38,395 bases of DNA from a virus. Below are positions 8,646 through 15,725 of this stretch, piece after piece. Position 1 is the first letter of the stretch; every line of letters starts with the position of its first letter. The notes below the pieces were generated by a model. That model was given only the letters and a program-made list of their open reading frames with translations, had not been told where the DNA came from and did no database searches. Where the stretch lies: UHGV virus genome UHGV-0217314; one strand, given 5' to 3'. Made by a program: the position numbers and the translations under genes.

Positions 8646-8835
8646 CTAAAGCTTTGAGGATTTCTGCAATTGTGCGGATTTCCTCTTTTTCGAATTGATC
8701 AATCAATCGATTAAAGGTCCCTACAGCTGCTAAAGATAGCTGTTGTTCGGATCCCGAAAAGGCAGATTCATACATTTCTAACAAATCTTCACTCTCATTT
8801 TTTTCTATTCCTTTGATTTCTTCCATTTCTCTCAC
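8617..8835 (-). CDS. Hypothetical protein (72 aa)
   Basis: ORF only. Confidence 0.35.
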   Translation of the reverse strand: MREMEEIKGIEKNESEDLLEMYESAFSGSEQQLSLAAVGTFNRLIDQFEKEEIRTIAEILKALATAPTVLQR

Positions 8836-9029
8836 CTCAAATCTATTTGCCGATTCAATCTATTTTGATAAAGTAGTTCTTGATACTGCTTAAGTTCCTT
8901 TCTAGCATTTTCTTGCTGTCGATCACTTACCACATTTTTCTTATCATGCAAGAGTCGGTGCAAATCTTGAATCTTTTCTTTTATGAGATTGTTAATGAGT
9001 AACTCTTGGTCTAGTGAATACTTCATCAA
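8832..9029 (-). CDS. Hypothetical protein (65 aa)
   Basis: ORF, 4-nt overlap coupling. Confidence 0.35.
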   Translation of the reverse strand: MMKYSLDQELLINNLIKEKIQDLHRLLHDKKNVVSDRQQENARKELKQYQELLYQNRLNRQIDLR

Positions 9030-9301
9030 CTATCACCTCGAAATTTATTCGCGTCTTTCCATCTCAAGAACTGTTCAAATTTATCAATGTCAATCAATAC
9101 ATATCCACCAGTTGGGTTAATATATCCGGACCCGAAATCTTTATGTTGTTTGAATTCTGCTAAATATCTCTGAAAAGTAGCTGTACTTTTCTTAGCAAAT
9201 CCGAAATATTCCATTGCTTGTTCTTTGTTGGCAAATTTTTGAACAACGTTAATCACATTAACCTTGGAAATTTCCATCTCCATGACACTTCCTTTATTCA
9301 T
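9026..9301 (-). CDS. Hypothetical protein just downstream of cro-like. Possibly a DNA-binding or excisionase-like protein.
   Basis: Position immediately after cro. No firm motif. Confidence 0.35.
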   Translation of the reverse strand: MNKGSVMEMEISKVNVINVVQKFANKEQAMEYFGFAKKSTATFQRYLAEFKQHKDFGSGYINPTGGYVLIDIDKFEQFLRWKDANKFRGDS

Positions 9302-9552
9302 TTGTTATTTAAAGAAAAAAGTCCGTTCTCTTTATTTAGTAGTATAAACTCGTTTTTAGAACCAAAAAAAATATTTTCTACAGGGATACCATAAATTTCA
9401 GCAATTTTCTTTACATCCCTTTGTTTCATTTTCGATGGGTCTTTCTCCCAACGAGATAACGTTTCGGGGTGCACACCAAAGCTTTTTGCAGCTTCTCTAA
9501 TTGACAAATCGGCCATAACTCTCGCTGCTTCTAAAGTAATTTTGAAAACCAT
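9298..9552 (-). CDS. Cro-like XRE-family HTH repressor. Start refined to MVFKI.
   Basis: HTH: LSIREAAKSFGVHPETLSRWEKDP. RBS GAGAGGAG lies upstream of the ATG at 9552. It is divergent from the cI-like gene. Confidence 0.6.
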   Translation of the reverse strand: MVFKITLEAARVMADLSIREAAKSFGVHPETLSRWEKDPSKMKQRDVKKIAEIYGIPVENIFFGSKNEFILLNKENGLFSLNNK

Positions 9553-9719
9553 CTTTTTTTCAACTCCTCTCTTGTGATACAACTATAATACGAGTTTATA
9601 CGAGTTGTCAACGTATTTGTCTTGTTTTTTTATTAAAAAACATAGTTATTGTACGCGTTTATACTTGTTTTATCCGATTTTATACGATATTATTAACAAA
9701 AAAAGGAGGTCAAAATAAC
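9553..9719. promoter_or_regulatory. Genetic-switch intergenic region with divergent promoters and operator-like repeats
   Basis: A leftward -35 TTGACA is visible as tgtcaa at 9606-9611. Direct repeats ATACGAGTTTATACGAGT lie in that promoter's spacer. Further TTTATAC-containing repeats sit near the rightward promoter (TTGTTT-17-TATTAT) for the cI-like gene. Confidence 0.5.
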
Positions 9720-10568
9720 ATGGCAAGAAAACCACTTTCTCAAGAAGATAAAGAAATCCGACGAATCATCGCAGAAAACTTGAAAAGAATCACTCATGGC
9801 TATACTCGCGCCCAGGTATCTGAGAAAACTGGAATTCCAACCTCAACACTTTCTGGATATTTTATAGAAAAATCAACAATAAACAAAGAAAATGCCGAAG
9901 CAATAGCTGCAGCTTTCAATGTGGATAAAGCAGATATTGATCCGAGGTATTCGCGAAATTACGATTTACACGACATGAAGAAAGAAGTTTTTGACGAGTT
10001 ACTTAATTCGAAAAGTAGTTCTCAAGAGGAACAATTCGAAAAATTTCTTGAGCTTAGCAATAAAGCTAATAAAGCGGGCATGAATTTAAGTCGTATGAAT
10101 ACTGACAGAGGAAACAATATAACAGCTTTTTATCACGATACACATGACTATAATTTTTTCGATACTAGCATTGCAGCAGGCCTTCCAACATCTATTGAAG
10201 CCTTTGAGGAAGATCACATTGAGCAAATAGCTATTCCTGATTACGCTATGGGGAAATATTCTGGAATGACAGATATATTTTTTACAAAAACAAATGGAGA
10301 TTCAATGAACAATGTGATTCCTAACGGATCACTTATTGCAGTAAAACGCATAGATGACTTTTCAGAGTTGAAGAACGAGGATATTGTTGTTTTTAGTAAT
10401 GATAATGAGTTTTCAGTAAAGAGATTCATTAACGATAAAGAAAATCAGAGAATTATTTTTAGACCTGATTCCAGTAATATCGCCTTCACAGATATAGTGG
10501 TAAGTTACGAGGATGCAAAAGAATTAAGAATATATGGAAAAGTTGTGGTTTATATTGTACAGCTATAA
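9720..10568 (+). CDS. CI-like repressor: N-terminal XRE HTH plus C-terminal S24 (LexA-like) peptidase
   Basis: HTH segment RAQVSEKTGIPTSTLSGYF. Ser in GDSM and Lys in VKR form the S24 Ser/Lys dyad. Strong RBS AAGGAGG. Confidence 0.8.
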   Translation: MARKPLSQEDKEIRRIIAENLKRITHGYTRAQVSEKTGIPTSTLSGYFIEKSTINKENAEAIAAAFNVDKADIDPRYSRNYDLHDMKKEVFDELLNSKSSSQEEQFEKFLELSNKANKAGMNLSRMNTDRGNNITAFYHDTHDYNFFDTSIAAGLPTSIEAFEEDHIEQIAIPDYAMGKYSGMTDIFFTKTNGDSMNNVIPNGSLIAVKRIDDFSELKNEDIVVFSNDNEFSVKRFINDKENQRIIFRPDSSNIAFTDIVVSYEDAKELRIYGKVVVYIVQL

Positions 10569-10599
10569 AAAAATGCACCCCACCGTCGAAAGTAAGAGT

Positions 10600-10636
10600 G
10601 CATTAGCTAAAAAGGCATAGCTTTTTTCATTATGCC
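10600..10636 (+). terminator. Putative intrinsic terminator after the cI-like gene
   Basis: Hairpins AGCTA-loop-TAGCT and GGCATA...TATGCC with a TTTTTT run. Confidence 0.3.
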
Positions 10637-10667
10637 TATTTTATCATAAATAGGAGTTGGTTTCACT

Positions 10668-11816
10668 ATGTGGATGGAAGAAACATCTAAGGGGAAGTTT
10701 AAGTTTATCGAAAGATACAAAGACCCTTATACTGAAGAACTAAAAAAAGTAAGTATTACATTAACTAGCAAATCAAATGTAGCCAAAAAGCAAGCACAAA
10801 AAGAACTAAACGAAAAAATCAACAGGATACTAACTGCGAAAAAAAAATCAGACCACACATTGCAAGAGCTTCTGGATGAATGGTGGGATTTTCATTCTCA
10901 AACTGTACGATCAAATACTATTCGTAATTATACAAACATTATGAAGGCTTTTAAGAAGAATGATAATCTTAATTTGAAAGCAAAAATAAGAAATACAGAT
11001 AGTCAATTTTTTCAAAAGTTTATTAACTCACTGACCTTTTCACACGTTCAAAAATCAAAATACAAATCAGTCTTAAATATGGCTTTCGATTACGCTGTAA
11101 ATATGCAGTATGTAAAAGATAATCCATTGAGGAAGGTAATTATACCTAAACCACCTAAAACGCTTGAAACATTCTCTAGAGTCCAAGATTTGTACCTTGA
11201 AAAAGAAGAAGTTAATCGATTATTAACAGCATACTATTCGTCTCATCAATCTAAAAGAATGGGAAATCTAGTAGAGTTTATGTACTTAACAGGTGTTAGA
11301 ATTGGTGAAGCAATAAGTTTACAAGTAAAGAATTATAGAAAAGAAGAGAAGCTCCTAGATATTCACGGCACACTAGATTACTCAAAAGGCTATAAGAATG
11401 CAACAAAAGAATTGCCAAAAACTGATGCATCTTATAGAACAATAGGAATATCTAATCGAGTTATTGAAATTTTGGATGAAGTTATTTTAGAAAATAAATT
11501 GAAGTATGATCATTATGATAACGACAGCTACATTTTTATAGGCAAAACGGGATTACCAATCCAAGTGAATACATTCAATGCCGCTCTAGATTATAATAAT
11601 GAGAAGCTTGGGGATAAAAAAATAAACAAAAAGCTGCATTCTCACATTTTTAGGCATAGCCACATTTCTTTATTATCTGAATTGAACATACCCATAAAAG
11701 CTATAATGCAAAGAGTAGGCCATGACGATGAAAAAACTACATTGAAAATTTATACTCATGTAACTGAAAAACAAAAAACCGATATTGTAGAAAAATTAAA
11801 TAACCTAGGATTCTAA
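10668..11816 (+). CDS. int: Tyrosine recombinase (phage integrase)
   Basis: C-terminal catalytic region HSHIFRHSHISLL...LGHDDEKTTLKIYTHV, matching the R...HxxR...Y pattern. N-terminal SAM-like domain. RBS AGGAG. Confidence 0.85.
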   Translation: MWMEETSKGKFKFIERYKDPYTEELKKVSITLTSKSNVAKKQAQKELNEKINRILTAKKKSDHTLQELLDEWWDFHSQTVRSNTIRNYTNIMKAFKKNDNLNLKAKIRNTDSQFFQKFINSLTFSHVQKSKYKSVLNMAFDYAVNMQYVKDNPLRKVIIPKPPKTLETFSRVQDLYLEKEEVNRLLTAYYSSHQSKRMGNLVEFMYLTGVRIGEAISLQVKNYRKEEKLLDIHGTLDYSKGYKNATKELPKTDASYRTIGISNRVIEILDEVILENKLKYDHYDNDSYIFIGKTGLPIQVNTFNAALDYNNEKLGDKKINKKLHSHIFRHSHISLLSELNIPIKAIMQRVGHDDEKTTLKIYTHVTEKQKTDIVEKLNNLGF

Positions 11817-11848
11817 TCACTAGGTTATGGTTTAAATTATTAAATTTT

Positions 11849-12085
11849 CAATTCTGCCCCTTTTTTGCCCCTTGACCTGTTATCTATTCAAAATAGGTCT
11901 TTCAAAAGGCTATCTAATAGGGATTCAATCAGACACATGGAGACTCCTGCTTAAAATACTTAACCAATGTATATGGACTATCTATTACTATCACAGCAAT
12001 AATTTTCGCTGTTTCTAGATAAAATATAATTGCACTAATTATCATGAATTATCATTTTCTTACCCCTTTTTTGCCCCCAATATTA
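11849..12085. other. Candidate attP region flanked by direct repeats TTCTnCCCCTTTTTTGCCCC
   Basis: Repeats at 11851-11876 and 12057-12082. The non-coding region lies immediately downstream of int and contains the short inverted repeat CTATTcaaaATAG. Confidence 0.3.
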
Positions 12086-12129
12086 TTGTTCTAAAAAATA
12101 ACATCTTCGGTTAATAAACGATTTTATTG

Positions 12130-12175
12130 TTGAAATGTTTTTTATTCTTACAATATTTTCTGATACAATAAAAGA
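12130..12175 (+). promoter_or_regulatory. Candidate promoter for the moron operon
   Basis: TTGAAA at 12130-12135. TACAAT at 12149-12154. An extended -10-like TGaTACAAT lies at 12161-12169, upstream of RBS GAGGAG. Confidence 0.3.
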
Positions 12176-12196
12176 AAAAAGTGAGGAGTTTTTAAA

Positions 12197-12943
12197 ATGG
12201 GACTGTTTGATAAGGTAAAAGACAAAGCTACAAAAGCCATGTCAGAACAAATAGATAATTTGAAATCCAAAGATATTGCTGGTAAAAACATTGGTAATAT
12301 GATGAAGCCAATTGAAAATGCAGCTAGTACCGCTCTTTCTAATCATCAAGAAAACAAGAAAGAACAAAAGATTGTCTTGCCTGTGAAAAAACCATTTATG
12401 AAACAATTAGATTCGATTACTTTAAGACGAGATATTAATGATTATTTTTACGTTTCCAAAAAATATGATCCAAATGCAACTAAATATCAATTTGAGCGTT
12501 TTGAGTGGAATGGGAGCACTATAACCCAAGAAACAACAACTACAGGTAATATTAAAACAAAAGGTAGGACAGGACAAACTATTGCTGGTACGGCACTATT
12601 AGGACCAGCAGGAGCAATTATTGGTAGTGCTGGAAAACGAAAAAGTAAGGTTGATACTAAATCAACCACAACTATAAAAGAAGTTGGCAGTGAAGGGAAA
12701 ATATTTTTACGAAATTTAGAAAATGGCTCTATAGAAGAAATAAAAGTTTTTCTTGAGTCGGCACAAGCGAGTAACCTAGAACGCTTTATTGCAAATGTTG
12801 ATTATACAGAAGATACTACTGTTGAAAAATCAAATGAACATTCTTCTACACAACGATTAAAAGAATTAAAAGAATTACTTGATTTGGGGATTATTACACA
12901 AGAAGAATTTGAGTTGAAGAAAAAAGAGATCTTAGAACTATAA
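12197..12943 (+). CDS. SHOCT-domain protein with a glycine-zipper segment (248 aa); moron
   Basis: C-terminal LKELKELLDLGIITQEEFELKKKEIL is a SHOCT-type motif. GTALLGPAGAIIGSAG is a glycine zipper. N-terminal MGLFDKVKDKA. The gene has its own promoter and RBS. Confidence 0.55.
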   Translation: MGLFDKVKDKATKAMSEQIDNLKSKDIAGKNIGNMMKPIENAASTALSNHQENKKEQKIVLPVKKPFMKQLDSITLRRDINDYFYVSKKYDPNATKYQFERFEWNGSTITQETTTTGNIKTKGRTGQTIAGTALLGPAGAIIGSAGKRKSKVDTKSTTTIKEVGSEGKIFLRNLENGSIEEIKVFLESAQASNLERFIANVDYTEDTTVEKSNEHSSTQRLKELKELLDLGIITQEEFELKKKEILEL

Positions 12944-12957
12944 AAGGATTGCTTAAC

Positions 12958-13227
12958 ATGAACAAGAAAATATCTATTGTAACTGGTTCCCACCCGACAA
13001 CAAAAGAAGAACGAATAAAAGAAACTATTCAATATTCTGTCCTGCTCATTGTACTTATTGCTGTAGTAACATGGTTGCTTCATTTAACCGATGGTTGGTT
13101 AGTGATATTAGCATGGGGAATTCTATTGTTTTTTTATTTTGTTCTGATGGTTAATACATGGACCAGACAAAGTACAGAAGATCATGAAATTATTGATAAT
13201 CCTGTTTGTGAAAAGGATAAGGAGTGA
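12958..13227 (+). CDS. Small two-TM membrane protein (89 aa) co-transcribed with the SHOCT protein
   Basis: RBS AAAGGA lies 9 nt upstream of the ATG at 12958. Hydrophobic helices VLLIVLIAVVTWLL and WLVILAWGILLFFYFVLMV. Confidence 0.45.
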   Translation: MNKKISIVTGSHPTTKEERIKETIQYSVLLIVLIAVVTWLLHLTDGWLVILAWGILLFFYFVLMVNTWTRQSTEDHEIIDNPVCEKDKE

Positions 13228-13369
13228 TTTTGTGGGAGTTAAAAATGTTAGAAAGAAGATCCATGAAGATGTTTCTCTTTTTAGGGGTAGGGTAACATTG
13301 TGGATTGTAATAGACATAATATTAATAGACATGATTTTAACCCACATAGTCTTTAAATAGAACTATTAA

Positions 13370-13396
13370 GCCCACTCAAACGAGTGGGCCTTTTGC
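13370..13396 (+). terminator. Intrinsic terminator (bidirectional context) between the moron operon and the endolysin
   Basis: GCCCACTC-aaac-GAGTGGGC followed by CTTTTGC. Confidence 0.5.
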
Positions 13397-13399
13397 ATA

Positions 13400-14290
13400 T
13401 TATAGAATATTTCCCCAATCTGACAACTTACCTATAGCAATATACCCCTTCTTGTAAGAATCATTTCGCGGTTGTACACCCCAAATATAGCCTGAACCAG
13501 TTACAATATCATTAAACTCAACTTTACTGCCCTTTTTTAAGGTTGCAATAATCTTGCTATTAGTATTTGCGCTAACACGTAAATTAACATTGTCTTTTAA
13601 AGTTACAGTTTTCATTTTTATTTTTCCTCCTATCGTCGAGTTATTAGATGACCCATTGTTGTTTGAACTAGCAGAATGCTTACCAAAAAGATATTCAAAT
13701 CCTTTGCGAACAATCCGATTCAAGTCGAGCGGTCCGGAATAGCCACTTAGTTTTCCATTTGATGTGTACTGATGGAGATCATAGTTAGAAGTAGCTGTGG
13801 GATTCGAACCATTATACTGGCCATTGTTTGAACCGTATGAGGGAATCCAGATACCATCAAATTTTGAAGTATCTAAATTAAAGTTTGCATACAAATGATT
13901 AGCAATATATGCCCCAACTTTCTTAGCACCTAGAGATTTCAATTTTGCTCGGTACTTTTCAATCCCAGTTCTCATATCGCTCATTGATTTTTCTTCCACG
14001 TCAAGCCACCAGAACGTTGGATTATATGCTTTCGCACGGTTATAGAAGTCTGTCGCCTCTTTCTCCATATCCGAATTAGAAACTCCTCGAACCCAAGCGT
14101 ACACCGCTACTGGAACACCACGTTTTTGAAATTCTGCAATATGAGTTTTGTAGTGCTTGTCGATATACCTTGATCCATACTGTATACGAACAATTACACC
14201 GTCAATAGCACTGGCCAACTTATCATAATTGATAGTGTTTGGCGTTTGCCATTCACTAATATCCAAAATAACTGGTGTTGGAATACTCAT
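13400..14290 (-). CDS. Endolysin: GH25 muramidase plus C-terminal SH3b cell-wall-binding domain
   Basis: N-terminal ILDISEWQ...IDGVIVRIQYG is GH25-like. The C-terminus is SH3_5-like, with an S/N-rich linker. RBS AAAGGA favours the start at 14290 (MSIPTPV). The ORF-track start at 14362 would overlap the holin. Confidence 0.8.
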   Translation of the reverse strand: MSIPTPVILDISEWQTPNTINYDKLASAIDGVIVRIQYGSRYIDKHYKTHIAEFQKRGVPVAVYAWVRGVSNSDMEKEATDFYNRAKAYNPTFWWLDVEEKSMSDMRTGIEKYRAKLKSLGAKKVGAYIANHLYANFNLDTSKFDGIWIPSYGSNNGQYNGSNPTATSNYDLHQYTSNGKLSGYSGPLDLNRIVRKGFEYLFGKHSASSNNNGSSNNSTIGGKIKMKTVTLKDNVNLRVSANTNSKIIATLKKGSKVEFNDIVTGSGYIWGVQPRNDSYKKGYIAIGKLSDWGNIL

Positions 14291-14291
14291 T

Positions 14292-14603
14292 TTAATCATC
14301 CTTTCGCTCAGTGAATTCTTGGCCATCTCCATAATCGACTGTATCTTTCTTTGGCTGTTCATAGGTTAATACTTGCTTGCTATCAGTAATACCTGTAGTT
14401 GTTGGATCATTGACGATGCCAATAATCACCAGAACTGCAAAAACTGTATTGACTACTACGATCAGTTTGTTAACCAGGTCGCCAAAATCATACTCAAATC
14501 CAAATACTGCAGCAATTGCTTGCACAGCTAATGCCAATGCTGGAATCACTGCCAACCAAAATGCCTTGCTTTTCAAACGTAATTTCCAATTAATGTTGTT
14601 CAT
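14292..14603 (-). CDS. Holin
   Basis: Two or three TM helices followed by a charged C-terminus. Sits immediately upstream of the endolysin. Confidence 0.65.
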   Translation of the reverse strand: MNNINWKLRLKSKAFWLAVIPALALAVQAIAAVFGFEYDFGDLVNKLIVVVNTVFAVLVIIGIVNDPTTTGITDSKQVLTYEQPKKDTVDYGDGQEFTERKDD

Positions 14604-14605
14604 GT

Positions 14606-14968
14606 TTATCTACCTCCAAAAAATTTGATTAATTCTAAAACAAATGCAAATACAGCTCCTGCTGATGCACCAATACCAAGGATCATTTTCCACATGTTAG
14701 TTTTATCAACCATCTTTAGTTCATAATCCCGTTCTTCTGATTTTTCATTTCTATTCAAAACAGCACGCAGGATTTCAGCATTTTGTTCGCTCTGTCGTGT
14801 GTTTTGCTCACGTAAGAAGCGATTTGATTCATCAACTCGTGCAAGTCCTTCGTTCATTGACTTTTGCATTTCTAATGTAATGTCATTAAGACGCCCCAAC
14901 TCTTTGTCATGCTGTTTTAACCGCTCCTCATGCGCTTGGACCTGCTTTTCTATTTCCACATATGCCAC
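14606..14968 (-). CDS. XhlA-like lysis-associated protein (coiled coil plus C-terminal TM)
   Basis: N-terminal coiled coil and C-terminal TM ILGIGASAGAVFAFVLELI. Sits upstream of the holin. Confidence 0.5.
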   Translation of the reverse strand: MAYVEIEKQVQAHEERLKQHDKELGRLNDITLEMQKSMNEGLARVDESNRFLREQNTRQSEQNAEILRAVLNRNEKSEERDYELKMVDKTNMWKMILGIGASAGAVFAFVLELIKFFGGR

Positions 14969-14997
14969 CTGCTTTCATAAACTAAAAAGAGCAAGCT

Positions 14998-15246
14998 TTA
15001 CGCCTGCTCCTCCACTTCATTTAATAAATCATCCTCAATTGCCCAAACCTTTGCTTGAAAATCATCAATATCTTTACGACATTCGACGCGATTTTGACGG
15101 TACAGATTTTGGTCAGTAATCGATTGGTTAATATTTGTATTTCCAGCACTATCCGTTGTGACATTAGCATTTAGGTAAATAACTTGCTGCCCATTAATTT
15201 TCGATTCTCCTGTAATGCTGATTGATTTTTTAGTATTTAATGCCAT
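14998..15246 (-). CDS. Hypothetical small tail-associated protein (82 aa)
   Basis: ORF between the Tal and the lysis cassette. Confidence 0.4.
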   Translation of the reverse strand: MALNTKKSISITGESKINGQQVIYLNANVTTDSAGNTNINQSITDQNLYRQNRVECRKDIDDFQAKVWAIEDDLLNEVEEQA

Positions 15247-15279
15247 GATAAATTCCTCCTGTTTATTTAATAATACTGA

Positions 15280-15693
15280 CTATTCAGCAATTTCTTTTTC
15301 AAATTCATCTAACAACCGATCATAGATCTCGGCATCTTTACCAGATAACATGCCATCGTACTCATTCAAAATCCGTGGAACTTCATCAAAGTTTCGGGCA
15401 TACATACCGCCCTCAATCACAATTTCTTCATCCATCAAAATTCCTTGTTCTTTATTGAAAGCAGCCACATCTTTTGCATCTTGATCTTTGCCCTCTTTGA
15501 GTTGGCCACTCTCATCAAGCAGATTGAATTTTTCCATCAGAGACTTTTCCTCATCAGAAAGCTCTGTAAAGGCTTCTCGAATACGCTTTACCAGTTTTGT
15601 ACGGTGTCGACTGTCCTTATTCGCTTTAAGCGTCATACCTTCTAAAAAATTGATTGCTGGTGCTAACTCGTTGTTCTTCAATGTGATTTTCAT
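15280..15693 (-). CDS. Hypothetical phage protein (137 aa)
   Basis: ORF downstream of the Tal gene. Confidence 0.4.
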   Translation of the reverse strand: MKITLKNNELAPAINFLEGMTLKANKDSRHRTKLVKRIREAFTELSDEEKSLMEKFNLLDESGQLKEGKDQDAKDVAAFNKEQGILMDEEIVIEGGMYARNFDEVPRILNEYDGMLSGKDAEIYDRLLDEFEKEIAE

Positions 15694-15725
15694 ATAATTT
15701 CCTCCATTAAAACAGGAGTTAGAAA

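Noticed and set aside
12487-13083. Minus-strand ORFs (12487..12669, 12802..13083) inside the moron operon
   Set aside because: Antisense to plus-strand genes that have good RBSs. Proline/Val-rich or Ser/Phe-rich junk translations.
13123-13347. 74-aa minus-strand ORF in the moron-endolysin intergenic region
   Set aside because: No RBS. It spans an intergenic stretch that carries a terminator, and its composition looks non-coding.
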